Shown here in pieces: positions 1-11,210 of a stretch of 64,000 nucleotides of DNA. The translations under genes and the position numbers were made by a program. How positions within the stretch are numbered: position 1 is the first letter of the stretch; each line of letters begins with the position of its first letter. The stretch comes from Nitrospirota bacterium (lineage in GTDB: Bacteria > Nitrospirota > UBA9217). Location: NCBI GenBank assembly GCA_963741205.1, contig CAVUHW010000008.1, positions 1-64,000 on the forward strand. Direction: 5' to 3'. The notes under the pieces were generated by a model. That model had not been told where the DNA came from and made no database searches. It worked only from the letters and a program-made list of their open reading frames with translations.

Positions 1-83
1 TATATTAGCAGTGCAGTTAAGGTGCGCGAATCCGTCAAAAAATAAAGCGCAAATCCAGACAGATAACCGTTACGTTCCATATC

Positions 84-287
84 ATGGACCGCACGATCTC
101 CGCCGAAGGGTCGGTCGTATACAGCCATGCATCAGGCGTGGTGCCTCACAAGGAGATCGGCATAGGTCTTAAGTTCACCAGCATCGAGGCAGCGGACCAA
201 GAATTCATCGGGAAGTTTATTCGTGAAGAGGTCACCCGGGACATCGGAGCGGCGAATTTCCATGACACATCCGATCCCTGGCAGTAG
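84..287 (+). CDS. PilZ-domain protein, C-terminal part (probably 5'-incomplete)
   Basis: ORF has the PilZ beta-barrel tail pattern 'ISAEGSVVYS...GIGLKFTSI...DQEFIGKFI'; N-terminal RxxxR not visible. Confidence 0.55.
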   Translation: MDRTISAEGSVVYSHASGVVPHKEIGIGLKFTSIEAADQEFIGKFIREEVTRDIGAANFHDTSDPWQ

Positions 288-512
288 CTGGCCGGGGGGC
301 TACGATGCCCGTTTCATCGAAACTTCAGTAGAAAAAAACCCCCTGGTCAAGGGACTTTTTTATTCCCGCATTCACTCGCAGTGGCGCCGTCATGTCAGAA
401 AACCTAAGAGCGATTGGGAAAGGTCCCCGGACGCTAATCATGGAGTGCCTGGAGTTGTTACCACCGTCTACACCGGGTCGGCATTCTCAATGGAGGGTAG
501 GGTTGAAAGCAG

Positions 513-543
513 TTGACAAACATATACCCTTATATGATATAAT
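513..543 (+). promoter_or_regulatory. sigma-70 promoter of IS607 tnpA, probably giving a leaderless mRNA
   Basis: TTGACA 513-518 and extended -10 TGaTATAAT 535-543; ATG at 550 with no Shine-Dalgarno. Confidence 0.6.
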
Positions 544-549
544 ATACCC

Positions 550-1122
550 ATGAAGCTTAGCGAATGGGCACGTCAGCAGGGGTTGGCCTATAAGACGGTG
601 TGGCGGATGTGGAAGCTGGGACAGTTGCCGGTGCCGGTTGAGCAGCTGCCGACGGGAACGATTATTGTTCACCCTCCGGCATCGTCCGGCGAGGGCGGCA
701 CCGCACTCTATGCCCGGGTGTCTGGCGCCGATCAGAAGGCCGATTTGGACCGTCAGATAGCCAGGCTCAGCGAGTATGCGTCAAGCCGGCAACTGCGCGT
801 TGTCGAGGTGGTCAAAGAGGTTGGTTCCGGCCTGAACGGACATCGCCGCGCCATGCTTCGCATACTGAGAAACCCCGGTGTAAGCACCGTCATCGTAGAG
901 CATAGGGACAGGTTAATGAGGTTCGGCATCGAATACGTCGAGGCCGCGCTCGCCGCACAGGGTAGAAAACTCATGGTCATCGAACCTGATGAGATGAAGG
1001 ACGATATCGTGCGCGATCTCCACGAGGTTATTGTATCCCTATGTGCAAGACTATACGGCAAGCGCTCGGCAAAGAACCGGGCGAAACGCGCAGTTGAGGC
1101 CGCCACCGGAGTCAAAGAATGA
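550..1122 (+). CDS. tnpA: IS607-family transposase (MerR-like HTH + serine recombinase)
   Basis: N-terminal 'MKLSEWARQQGLAYKTVWRMWKLG' HTH; YARVS catalytic Ser; 'EVGSGLN', 'VEHRDRLMRFG'. Confidence 0.95.
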   Translation: MKLSEWARQQGLAYKTVWRMWKLGQLPVPVEQLPTGTIIVHPPASSGEGGTALYARVSGADQKADLDRQIARLSEYASSRQLRVVEVVKEVGSGLNGHRRAMLRILRNPGVSTVIVEHRDRLMRFGIEYVEAALAAQGRKLMVIEPDEMKDDIVRDLHEVIVSLCARLYGKRSAKNRAKRAVEAATGVKE

Positions 1123-2657
1123 GGGAGCATCGTACCTACCAGTGCCGCATCGCCACGGACAGCGGTACCGACGCTGCTCTTACGGCCTATGCAGCGCTTT
1201 ACAGCAAGGCTGAGAGAACGCTTTTTGCCAGGCTGCGGGCTGGCGGCAATCTCACCGACCTTAAACGGGAATTTATACCGAAGTTCGGGATAACCGCCAG
1301 GCAGTTCAATGCAATGTCAGCGGAGCTTAAGGGTAAGATCGCATCAATTAAGGAGCGAAGGACCGGACTAATTCAGGAGATGGAGAAAAGAATCGGGAAG
1401 GCGAAGAACGTGCTTGCCGAAATCACCGATCCCGCCAAGAGGCATCAGAAGAAGCGTCGTATCGCAAACCTGGTGACCCGGCTCGATCAACTCAAAGCCG
1501 ATAAAGAGGCAGACAATGTCCGCCTCTGCTTTGGGAGCAAAAAGCTGTTCAGAGCACAGTTCAGTCTTGAGGCGAATGAATACGTTTCCCGTGCCGACTG
1601 GAAGAAAGACTGGCAGCAGGCCCGGAGCAGTCAGTTCTTTGTAATCGGATCAAAGGACGAGACGGCAGGATGTCAGGGTTGTGTTTCCACTGCGCAGAAA
1701 AGCGGCAGTATTTCACTCAAGCTTCGGATGCCGAATGCTCTGGCGGGGGAGGGCAAATACCTGGATATTCCTGGGCTCCGTTTCAGCCACGGCCATAATG
1801 CTGTAGTTGCCGCCATTGGCAGAAGATTGTCCGATGATAGGTCCCAATGGCAGGCGATCAACTACCGCTTCGTGAAAGACGCCAAGGGATGGCGGGTGTT
1901 CGTCACGGCGTCTCTGCCTGAAATCCCCTGTGTCTCGCAAAAAGGCATCGGGGTGGTCGGCATCGACATAAACGCCGACCATCTGGCTGTTACCGAGACG
2001 GACAGATTCGGCAACCCGGCTGGGTATTTCACGATTCCCTGCGTTACATACGGTAAGACCTCGAAGCAGCGGCTTGCCGCAGTCGGTGATGCCGTAAAAC
2101 AAGTCGTTGAATTCGCGGTCTTGAAGCAAAAACCGCTTGTCATCGAGAAGCTGGATTTTGCCGAAAAGAAGGCGGCCCTTGAGAAGGAATCCCGTAAATA
2201 TGCCCGGATGCTGTCCTCGTTCGCGTATACCGGTATTCAGACAATCTTAAGGGCCAGGGCGTTCGATTCCGGGATAGAGGTTCATGAGGTCAATCCCGCG
2301 TACACGTCGGTAATCGGAAGATTCAAGTTCAGCGCCCGATACGGGATGTCTGTGCATCACAGCGCGGCGCTCGTAATCGGACGGAGGTTCATGGGACTTC
2401 GGGAGACGCTACCAAATCAGCTTCACGGCACCCTGCCGCTATCCGTGAGAAATCGCGGCAAGCATGTGTGGAGCAAGTGGGCGGCCGTCTCTAGAATCTC
2501 TCAAGCAGCGCTTGCAGCGCACGGACGGTCCCGTATTCGTCGGGATCCTCGCCGTCACCTGGACTCCCCACAAGGAGCCAAAGCACGGCTTGCGACCACA
2601 CCGTCTGTCGCCGGTGAAATCCCGGCGGGCGAATCGTTACCAACACTGTTCGGGTGA
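1119..2657 (+). CDS. tnpB: TnpB-family RNA-guided nuclease-like protein
   Basis: RuvC-I 'GIDIN', RuvC-II 'VIEKLDF', 'VNPAYTS', RuvC-III region 'HHSAALVIGRR'; downstream of IS607 tnpA. Confidence 0.9.
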   Translation: MREHRTYQCRIATDSGTDAALTAYAALYSKAERTLFARLRAGGNLTDLKREFIPKFGITARQFNAMSAELKGKIASIKERRTGLIQEMEKRIGKAKNVLAEITDPAKRHQKKRRIANLVTRLDQLKADKEADNVRLCFGSKKLFRAQFSLEANEYVSRADWKKDWQQARSSQFFVIGSKDETAGCQGCVSTAQKSGSISLKLRMPNALAGEGKYLDIPGLRFSHGHNAVVAAIGRRLSDDRSQWQAINYRFVKDAKGWRVFVTASLPEIPCVSQKGIGVVGIDINADHLAVTETDRFGNPAGYFTIPCVTYGKTSKQRLAAVGDAVKQVVEFAVLKQKPLVIEKLDFAEKKAALEKESRKYARMLSSFAYTGIQTILRARAFDSGIEVHEVNPAYTSVIGRFKFSARYGMSVHHSAALVIGRRFMGLRETLPNQLHGTLPLSVRNRGKHVWSKWAAVSRISQAALAAHGRSRIRRDPRRHLDSPQGAKARLATTPSVAGEIPAGESLPTLFG

Positions 2658-2720
2658 CGTTATGGACGCCAGGAATATTTGTCCATAGATTAAGGAACGG
2701 TATCTTTTAGGGAGTTCGTC
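2500..2720 (+). ncRNA. putative omegaRNA/reRNA of TnpB (scaffold overlapping tnpB 3' end plus flanking guide)
   Basis: Inferred from position at the right end; hairpin CGCCGG-TGAAATC-CCGGCG near 2609-2627; 5' boundary is a guess. Confidence 0.4.
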
Positions 2721-2769
2721 TTTTTGATCGAGCACGGAGGGCTGGTCCTTGAGACTGCTGAGCCGCTGT

Positions 2770-2976
2770 CTAATATCTCCATAGGTTTTTCAGGATCGAT
2801 TCCGCTACCTTGCGCGGATCGACGGTATAGGCGCCGCGATCGATGCTCTCTCTGATTTCCCGCACCTTGGCCTCCCGGATCTCGGGCAGCTTGTCTACGG
2901 CGGACATGATGTCCGCGATTTCCTTGCATCGGCCCGGGTCCCGGTTTTCGGGCGGTCTGTTGGAATTGATATGCAT
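2770..2976 (-). CDS. flgM: anti-sigma-28 factor FlgM (short)
   Basis: 'LPEIREAKVREIRESIDRGAYTVDPRKVAESIL' FlgM C-terminal motif; SD GGAGG; sigma-28 promoter upstream; next to fliA. Confidence 0.85.
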   Translation of the reverse strand: MHINSNRPPENRDPGRCKEIADIMSAVDKLPEIREAKVREIRESIDRGAYTVDPRKVAESILKNLWRY

Positions 2977-3011
2977 GGTTCCTCCCTTTCGAGGCTGGTT
3001 TTTCGGCTTTC

Positions 3012-3038
3012 TTATCGGCAATTGCCGGAAAGTCTTTA
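3012..3038 (-). promoter_or_regulatory. sigma-28 (FliA) promoter of flgM
   Basis: Minus strand reads TAAA-N15-GCCGATAA, the exact consensus. Confidence 0.9.
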
Positions 3039-3434
3039 ATCCCGAAAATGGAATTTGGAACCACTGATTCAGGCCAAAATCAAGGAATTACGTATGTCAG
3101 AACACACCTGTCATTTTTCACGGGCATTCACGCACCCCGTTTTCATGACCATGCATCCTCCCGAAAGTAAAATAGGGAGCAAGATACCGTATTTTGGTGG
3201 TGCCGAACAGAAGGTATTCCTAAAGGGGTGGGTGAGTGATCGTAGTGGCGTTATTAGCAAGGCTGGCACTTTGCCCGGAAAAATCTTTGTTACGGACAAC
3301 AAGCTGCGTTCTGTTGCTGTTACTTTGAGGAGCCTTTATTTATAATTATTCTTCCGTCATAAGCGGGACTATGTCTTTATGACGAACGACGAAAGACGCA
3401 GCCGAAATGGGCTCCGTAACCGTCGCCGCCCTTC

Positions 3435-4206
3435 TCACGCCCCCTGCCATAACTGATGGACCGGAGAGCCTATCTGCGCCTTGAGCCGTATGATAGCCTG
3501 ATTGTGGAGCTGGCACACCCGGCCTTCGGTCAGGCGCATAATCTTGCCGATCTCCTTCATGGTGAGTTCCTCCCAGTAATAGAGTGAGAGGATGAGCTTC
3601 TCTTTTTCCGGCAAGCGTCTCGATGACCTGGGCAAGGGCTTCCTTCTTGCTGTTTTCCTCCAGCAATTCGAGAGGGGTTTTCATGTCCCGGTCGGGGATG
3701 CACTCCATCACGTCCATGCCGCTCTCTTCATGCATCCGGTCCCGGAAGTCCTCGAAACTGTACACCACGGAATTATTTGCGCGCTGGACGGTCCTGTAAT
3801 ATTCATCAAGTGAGATGCCGAGTTTTTCCGCGATCTCTTCCTCGTTCGGCATGCGGCCGAGTTTCTGTTCGAGCTCGCTATTCGCTTTCTTGATCTGGCC
3901 TATTTTCGTCTTCAGCGACCGGGGAACCCAGTCTTGCGACCGCAGCTCGTCAAGCATGGCGCCCCTGATCCGGTACTCGACGAAGGTATTGATCTTGACT
4001 CTGCCCTCGGTATACCGCTGGAGCGCATCGAGCAGGCCCATGATGCCCACACTGATGAGATCGTGAACCGACGACTGGGGTGTGAGCCGGTGCGCCAGAC
4101 GGTACGCCGTGTACTTGATGAACGGAAGGGTCTCGTTAATGATCTTTTCCTTTTTCTGTTCCGATTTCTGTTCCGATAACTCGAGTTGACATTCCTGCAT
4201 GGCCAT
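3435..4206 (-). CDS. fliA: RNA polymerase sigma factor FliA/WhiG (one frameshift near 3610)
   Basis: 'DLISVGIMGLLDA', 'RIRGAMLDELRSQDWVPRS'; region 4 'LYYWEELTMKEIGKIMRLTEGRVCQLHNQAI' in second frame. Confidence 0.92.
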
Positions 4207-4454
4207 TTCACCCCTCGATCAGTTGAGAAACACCGAGTTTAATGCTCACGTAATATACAAATATTATGCCCTTATTATCTAGTTGAATATATGAAGTAAT
4301 AATTTGTAATGCCCTGTCATAGAAATGACTTATCTTCAGTGAGGGGGCAGAATAATGACGCATAATGGTAAACTGAGCAATATTAGAAATCCTAATCGCT
4401 TGGAATGACAAGATTTTTATTACATCCTCGCAGTTTGTTGTGAGTTCCCGAATT

Positions 4455-4540
4455 GTCATTGCGAGGAGCGCTTTCTCGGCGAAATAATCTCTTAATTGCA
4501 TGGATATTTCAAACACCGAGATTGCTTCGCTCGCAAAGAC
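4455..4540. repeat. palindromic REP/RPE-like element
   Basis: GTCATTGCGAG...AATCTC...GAGATTGCTTCG...CTCGCAAAGAC imperfect inverted repeat. Confidence 0.6.
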
Positions 4541-4644
4541 AGCAAAATGAACTTTTTCAGTGATCTGCAAGGGGAAAATTCTTTAACTTAGAGCGTCAAT
4601 CAGTTGACACAGTGACTATATCGTGTTATGTTTTTTTAAGCGAA

Positions 4645-6099
4645 ATGGGGAAAATTCTCATCATAGAAGACGATGAAACGGTCAGGGACGTTCTTCGTTC
4701 CTTTCTCAAAGAAAAAGGCTTTGAGACGACTCTTGCCCAGAATGGCCAGGCAGGCCTCGATATGGTGCGCGCGGAGAAGTTCGATCTCATCCTCACCGAC
4801 CTCGTCATGCCCGGCATCACCGGCATGGATGTTCTCAAGGAGATCGCGGCCGCCAAGATTATCGTCCCCGTCATCGTCATGACGGCCTTCGGCACGGTAC
4901 AAACCGCCGTGGAGGCCATGAGGCACGGCGCCTTCGACTACATCACCAAGCCCTTCAACCTCGATGAGCTCATGATCGTACTCGAAAAGGCCCTATCCGT
5001 CGCTAAGCTCCAGAAAGAAAACGTGATGCTCAAGAGGCAGCTCAAGAAGAAGTACGACTTCGAGGGCCTCATCGGCGATTCTCCCCGCATGCAGGCGGTC
5101 TATGAGATGATCGAGAAGATAGCCGACACGGACAGCACGGTGCTCATCACCGGAGAAAGCGGCACCGGCAAGGAGCTCATCGCGAAGACCATACATCACA
5201 ACAACAGTTCGCGGGCAGGCGGGCCCTTTGTACCGCTCAATTGCGCGGCCATCCCCAAGGACCTCCTCGAATCGGAGCTTTTCGGCCACGAGAAGGGCGC
5301 TTTCACGGGCGCCATTAACACCCGCCTGGGCAGGTTCGAGCTCGCCCAGCGCGGAACGCTCTTCCTGGACGAGGTGGGGGAACTCGATCCCTCCCTTCAA
5401 GGCAAACTCCTGCGGGTGCTCCAGGAGCGGGAGTTTGTGCGCGTGGGCGGCATGAAGACGATTAAGGCCGACGTCCGCATTCTGGCGGCGACGAGCAAGG
5501 ACCTGGAAAATGCGACGAAGCAAGGGACGTTCAGGGAGGACCTGTTCTACCGCCTAAACGTGATACCGCTCCACTTGCCACCCCTCCGTAGCCGGCAGGA
5601 GGACATCCCGCTGCTCACGGCGCACTTTGTCCATGAATTCTGCCAGAAGAAAAAGCGGGGGTCCATCTCGTTCTCCGCTGCAGCCATGGACTGCCTGCTC
5701 AGATACCGCTGGCCCGGAAATGTGCGGGAACTCGAGAACCTCATCGAGCGTCTGACGATCCTGACAAGCGGTCCCGCGGTGAATGTTTCCGATCTTCCGG
5801 AAAAACTTCACCAATTAACCTTCGGCGGTCTTGACCACGTGCAAGGCCGGGCAGAAGCGGCCCCATACGCAGGAGGGACCGCGCCGGCTCCCGCGTCCGG
5901 ACGCGCGAGCGGCATCGGATTGGGTGAAACGGGCGTCGACTTGAATGAGATGGTGAGCTCATTGGAGCGCGACCTCATTATGAAGGCCCTCGAAAAGTCG
6001 GGTGGCGTCAGGAGCAAGGCGGCCCGGCTTCTGAGCCTGAATCGTACTACGCTCCTGGAAAAGATGAAGAAGATGAAGATCGAAATGAAGAAGCAGTAA
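4645..6099 (+). CDS. sigma-54-dependent response regulator (REC-AAA+-Fis HTH; NtrC/FleR-like)
   Basis: REC domain, GESGTGKE, GAFTGA, FLDE, WPGNVREL, C-terminal HTH. Confidence 0.95.
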   Translation: MGKILIIEDDETVRDVLRSFLKEKGFETTLAQNGQAGLDMVRAEKFDLILTDLVMPGITGMDVLKEIAAAKIIVPVIVMTAFGTVQTAVEAMRHGAFDYITKPFNLDELMIVLEKALSVAKLQKENVMLKRQLKKKYDFEGLIGDSPRMQAVYEMIEKIADTDSTVLITGESGTGKELIAKTIHHNNSSRAGGPFVPLNCAAIPKDLLESELFGHEKGAFTGAINTRLGRFELAQRGTLFLDEVGELDPSLQGKLLRVLQEREFVRVGGMKTIKADVRILAATSKDLENATKQGTFREDLFYRLNVIPLHLPPLRSRQEDIPLLTAHFVHEFCQKKKRGSISFSAAAMDCLLRYRWPGNVRELENLIERLTILTSGPAVNVSDLPEKLHQLTFGGLDHVQGRAEAAPYAGGTAPAPASGRASGIGLGETGVDLNEMVSSLERDLIMKALEKSGGVRSKAARLLSLNRTTLLEKMKKMKIEMKKQ

Positions 6100-6256
6100 G
6101 TAATTTGCAGGTCCCGTATATTCCGTAGAAGACTTTCCACCGGTTGACATACGCCGAAAATCCCCAGCCAGAAACTGCCCTGATCGTGACCGGTATGCAT
6201 AGTCGCCGACTATTGACTGGGTCTGCCCTTCGGTAGTCGATTGCAATGGATTAATA

Positions 6257-6690
6257 CCTGAATCCTGCACTTCGTTGAAGGAGTAAAGATAAAACCATAC
6301 GGGTTACACTGATATAATGCGGTTATCTCGCGAACAACCCATTATGTCAGGAGGTAACCCATATGGTTAAACGACAGAAGAAGCATAGCGCGAAACAGTA
6401 CGTGAATCAAGGCCAAAATGAAGGCCGATCGGAACCCGCTAAAATCAACCCGAATACGCGCTACGAATATTGCAGCAAAAGGCTATCCCCCTTCGGCGGA
6501 CTTTTGGCTCTGGAGAAATTCATTGACGCGGTGAAGTTCCGGGAGCTCATTGAAGGCTTTTATCAGCCTCCCGGCCGCACACCGGATCAGGGACATACCA
6601 GTCGGTGTATGGAATTCTGGTTCTGCTTTTCATCGGATTCACGAGGTTGTGGCATATTCAGTACATACGGACAGATCCCTTGGTGTAAGC
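6257..6690 (+). mobile_element. IS1380-family element remnant (left end + transposase N-terminus)
   Basis: ORF 6363 'KINPNTRYEYCSKRLSPFGGLLALEKF' resembles IS1380-type transposase N-termini; CCTGAATCCTGCAC at 6257 resembles an IS1380 IR; no DDE region or right IR found. Confidence 0.65.
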
Positions 6691-6880
6691 TTGATACTGG
6701 GCAAGAGCTGCTTATGATCGCGGCAGCGGGAGCGAGTCATCAATGAACCGCAGCATGCCCGGGAGGATTTGACTCCGGATCCAGATCATCAAGGACCCGC
6801 GCTACGTTCCGGGAAGAGGCCTATCGAGCTCATCTTCAGGAGCTCGAAGGAGCTTTGCGAATTATCACAAGAACACCGTT

Positions 6881-6940
6881 CACGGGTTCAACCTTCCGGT
6901 TCAGCGTATCGCGTCAACTATCTACCGAAAGGCATCGTGA
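6881..6940 (+). pseudogene. cheR: C-terminal remnant of CheR methyltransferase
   Basis: Manual translation [19 protein letters not shown]; stop overlaps the cheD start (GTGA), matching the usual cheR-cheD-cheB order. Confidence 0.55.
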
Positions 6941-7439
6941 ACCAACACAAGTCTACGCTACCGGTTTTTTTCTGATGCCCGGAGAGATCTACTTTTCCGG
7001 AGAGCCGAGTGTGGTCGTGACGGTGCTCGGTTCCTGTCTGTCGGTGACCATGTTCTGCCGGCGGCGGGGATTGGGTGGGATCTGCCACAGCCTCCTCCCG
7101 CTGTGCGCCGGTCACGAGGACTGCCGCGGCGATTGTTTTGAAGGTCTCAAATACGTGGCTTGTTCCATCCGAAAGATGGTGAGCCTTTTCGACAGGAAGA
7201 AGGTCGGGCGGGACGAGATCGAGGTCAAATGCTTCGGCGGCGCCGACATGTTCACGAAGGCGCTCGAGCAGCCGGGGATCGTCTCGATTGACAGACAGAA
7301 CATCGCGGCGGCCGAACAGACTTTGACAAGCGTAGGGCTCCGGACTATGGTCATCGATGTCGGTGGCCCGCTGGGCAGGAAGATATTCTTTAACACCCAT
7401 ACCGGAGACGTGCTGTTGAAGCGTCTGTGCAGAGAGTAA
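6937..7439 (+). CDS. cheD: chemoreceptor glutamine deamidase CheD (indel in poly-T near 6970)
   Basis: 'PGE...TVLGSCLSV', 'GGICHSLLP', 'KCFGGADMF', '[12 protein letters not shown]'. Confidence 0.92.
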
Positions 7440-7507
7440 TAAGATCTCCAGCCAAGAAGGATCAAGCCCCGCGCCGGTTCACCGCGCAGGAAACGAGGTG
7501 CATGCCT

Positions 7508-8597
<1,090 letters not shown>

Positions 8598-8622
8598 CCG
8601 CTTCCCGCCTTGCAACTTCAAT

Positions 8623-8639
8623 TGTTACATTTCTGTTAA
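8623..8639 (-). promoter_or_regulatory. inverted Pho-box-like pair upstream of phoB
   Basis: Minus strand TTAACAgaaatGTAACA: two half-sites 11 bp apart. Confidence 0.5.
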
Positions 8640-8691
8640 ATCTTCCGGACAAGCTTGAATTTTATAGAAGATACGTGTTATAACTACGGCC

Positions 8692-9387
8692 ATGGACAAT
8701 AAAATATTAATTGTTGATGACGAGCCGGATATCGTCGACCTCGTATCCTACAATCTGAAGAAAGACGGTTTCCGGGTCACGACGGCTTCAGACGGTGAAG
8801 AGGCCCTCCACAAAATCAGGAAGGACAAGTTCGCACTTGTCGTTCTCGACCTCATGCTCCCCGGCATGCAGGGCGTGGAACTGTGCCGCATCATCAGGAA
8901 CGAACCCAGAACAGCCGGGACCCCTATCATCATGCTTACGGCAAAAGGGGAAGAGGTGGACAGGGTCATAGGACTGGAAAGCGGCGCCGACGATTACATG
9001 ACAAAACCGTTCAGCGCGAGAGAACTCATTGCGCGCATCAAGGCGGTATTGCGGAGGACCGGCGAAAAAGCGCCGGCGGAAAAGATCATCCGTATCGGCA
9101 ACCTGCTCATCAATACGGAAACCTACGGCGTCACCAAGGGCACCACCCCCCTGGAACTCAGCGCAACGGAATTTAAGCTGCTCTTGTATCTTGCAATGAG
9201 AAGGGGCAGGGTATTCAGCCGCGAACAGCTCGTGGACGCGGTCTGGAAGGGCGAGGCATTTATCGAACCCAGGACTGTCGATGTTCATATCCGGCGACTG
9301 CGGACCCAGATCGAGGATGATCCGGCGAATCCCCTGTATATAAGGACCCGAAGGGGAGTAGGGTACTACGTGGATGAAACCCTATGA
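8692..9387 (+). CDS. phoB: OmpR/PhoB-family response regulator
   Basis: REC + winged helix 'RTVDVHIRRLR'; coupled to PhoR-like kinase; pst operon nearby. Confidence 0.85.
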   Translation: MDNKILIVDDEPDIVDLVSYNLKKDGFRVTTASDGEEALHKIRKDKFALVVLDLMLPGMQGVELCRIIRNEPRTAGTPIIMLTAKGEEVDRVIGLESGADDYMTKPFSARELIARIKAVLRRTGEKAPAEKIIRIGNLLINTETYGVTKGTTPLELSATEFKLLLYLAMRRGRVFSREQLVDAVWKGEAFIEPRTVDVHIRRLRTQIEDDPANPLYIRTRRGVGYYVDETL

Positions 9388-11123
9388 AACGCCGCCTCTT
9401 CGGCAGAATATTCTTACTCTACGCCCTTATTATGCTTGCCGCGGTCATGTTCGTCGAACTGTACATTACCAACGCGGTAAGAAACAGCCATATCAATGAC
9501 CTGAGGGAACACCTCGTTGCGCAGGCGCAACTCGTCTCCAACGGCATCTCGTTCAAGCCCCAAACCTCTCTCGACAACCTCTGCAGGCAATTCAAGGAAC
9601 AGACCGGGCTGCGCGTGACGGTGATCACCCTCGACGGACGTGTCCTCGGAGATTCCGACAAGGAATCATCGCTCATGGAGAACCACCTCGGCCGTCCTGA
9701 AATCCAGCAGGCCCTCCTGAACGGTACGGGCATGTCCCTTCGCTACAGCGATACCCTGCACGATGATTTATTGTATGTCGCAAAAAAAATCACGCGCGGT
9801 GGTCTTCCCGCCGGTATTGTTCGCCTCAGTATGCAGCTCAAGGCGGTGGACGCCGCGATCAACTCCCTCAGATTAAAGATCATCGCGGTCGTCGTCGCGA
9901 TCCTCCTCGCGACAGGCTTGTTCTCGATCGGGCAGTTGGAGCGCATCAGGCGCCTGACGAAGCAGATCGGCGAATTTTCCCGGTCTCTTGCGGGCGGCGC
10001 GATCGGCCACAAGCTGTATCTGGGCCGGACCGGGGAGTTCGAAGAAATCGCCGAGAGCCTGAATACAATGTCCCTGGAGCTGAAGGGCGGCATCGCGGCG
10101 AACGAGGAGGAAAGAAAACGGCTGACGGTCATCCTCCACAGCATTCCCGACGTCCTCCTCATCCTTGATTCGACGGGCGTTGTACAGCTTGCCAGCGCCG
10201 CCTCAAAGCAATATTTCGGCGATGTCCCCTTAACCGGGAAACCTGTTTTTGAGGTCATCAGAAATCCCTTATTTCTGTCCCTCATGGATGAGGCCCGCAG
10301 GAACCTTACGCCCGGCGTCAGCGAGCTGAAGCTCGATTATCCGAAGGAAAAGTATTTTTCAGCACGGGTCTCACCGTTCTCTTACATGGAGAGTGAGCTG
10401 TCCGGATTCGTCGTCATCCTGCACGACATCACTCAGCTCAAAAAACTGGAGCAGACGCGCAAGGATTTCGTCGCCAACATCTCCCACGAAATCAAGACGC
10501 CGATCACGGCCATCAAAGGCTTTGCCGACACCCTTCTGGACGGCGCGCTGCATGACACGGAGCACGCCGAAAAATTTTTAAGGATCATCAAGTCGAACAG
10601 CGAGCGCATCAACAGCCTGGTGGACGATCTCATGACGATCTCCAAAATAGAGCTGGGCGTCGTCAGGATCGAGAAAGCTCCCGTGGATGTCGCGGACGTA
10701 TTCGAACAGGTAATGACCATGCTGAGGGCCAAGGCCGCTGAAAAGAACCTGTTCATGAAAACAGATCTTCCGGAGACGCCCATGAAAGTTGCCGCGGACA
10801 GGGATAAACTCATCCAGGTCCTGACGAACCTCGTGGACAATGCAATAAAGTTTACGGAAAAGGGAGGAGTCACGATCGCCGCAAGGACGGAAAATGGCAA
10901 AGCGATCTTATCCGTGGAAGATACGGGGATCGGGATACTGGAGAAACACCTGCCACGCCTCGGAGAGAGGTTTTACCGCGTGGATGCCGCCCGGTCCCGA
11001 AAGATGGGAGGGACCGGACTCGGCCTGGCCATCGTCAAGCACCTGGTAAAAGCACACAATTGGGAAATGCGGATTGAGAGCATGGCGGAAAAGGGGACGA
11101 AGGTCAGGATCCTCTGCACCTAG
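9384..11123 (+). CDS. phoR: PhoR-like sensor histidine kinase (TM-sensor-HAMP-PAS-HisKA-HATPase)
   Basis: 'RKDFVANISHEIKTP', 'ERFYRVDAARSRKMGGTGLGLAIVKH', 'MENHLGRPEI'. Confidence 0.88.
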   Translation: MKRRLFGRIFLLYALIMLAAVMFVELYITNAVRNSHINDLREHLVAQAQLVSNGISFKPQTSLDNLCRQFKEQTGLRVTVITLDGRVLGDSDKESSLMENHLGRPEIQQALLNGTGMSLRYSDTLHDDLLYVAKKITRGGLPAGIVRLSMQLKAVDAAINSLRLKIIAVVVAILLATGLFSIGQLERIRRLTKQIGEFSRSLAGGAIGHKLYLGRTGEFEEIAESLNTMSLELKGGIAANEEERKRLTVILHSIPDVLLILDSTGVVQLASAASKQYFGDVPLTGKPVFEVIRNPLFLSLMDEARRNLTPGVSELKLDYPKEKYFSARVSPFSYMESELSGFVVILHDITQLKKLEQTRKDFVANISHEIKTPITAIKGFADTLLDGALHDTEHAEKFLRIIKSNSERINSLVDDLMTISKIELGVVRIEKAPVDVADVFEQVMTMLRAKAAEKNLFMKTDLPETPMKVAADRDKLIQVLTNLVDNAIKFTEKGGVTIAARTENGKAILSVEDTGIGILEKHLPRLGERFYRVDAARSRKMGGTGLGLAIVKHLVKAHNWEMRIESMAEKGTKVRILCT

Positions 11124-11210
11124 ACGGCGGATGGAATAATCGGGATACGCGATGATGTTCGCTGGAATATCGAGGCGCTCGAAGCGGCCTCCAAAGGGTC
11201 GTGTATCATG

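Larger units (their letters stand above)
498..2700 (+). mobile_element. IS607-family insertion sequence (tnpA + tnpB); ends approximate
   Basis: Overlapping (ATGA) serine recombinase and TnpB genes; GG dinucleotides at both putative junctions (GGAGGG/TAGGG 492-502; GGAACGG 2694-2700); ATATACCC repeated in the left end. Confidence 0.85.

Noticed and set aside
288-549. Group I intron (IStron) upstream of IS607 tnpA
   Set aside because: No recognisable intron core, no interrupted host gene, and the promoter lies immediately before tnpA.
2657-3345. CRISPR array beside TnpB (Cas12f-like system)
   Set aside because: No direct-repeat/spacer pattern and no cas1/cas2; the context is an IS607.
4255-4272. 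sigma-54 promoter for fliA (GGCATAATATTTGT on the minus strand)
   Set aside because: Reads GG-N10-GT rather than GC; plausible but too weak to call.
4208-4570. 120-aa ORF between fliA and the sigma-54 regulator
   Set aside because: Spans an AT-rich divergent promoter region and a palindromic repeat; likely spurious.
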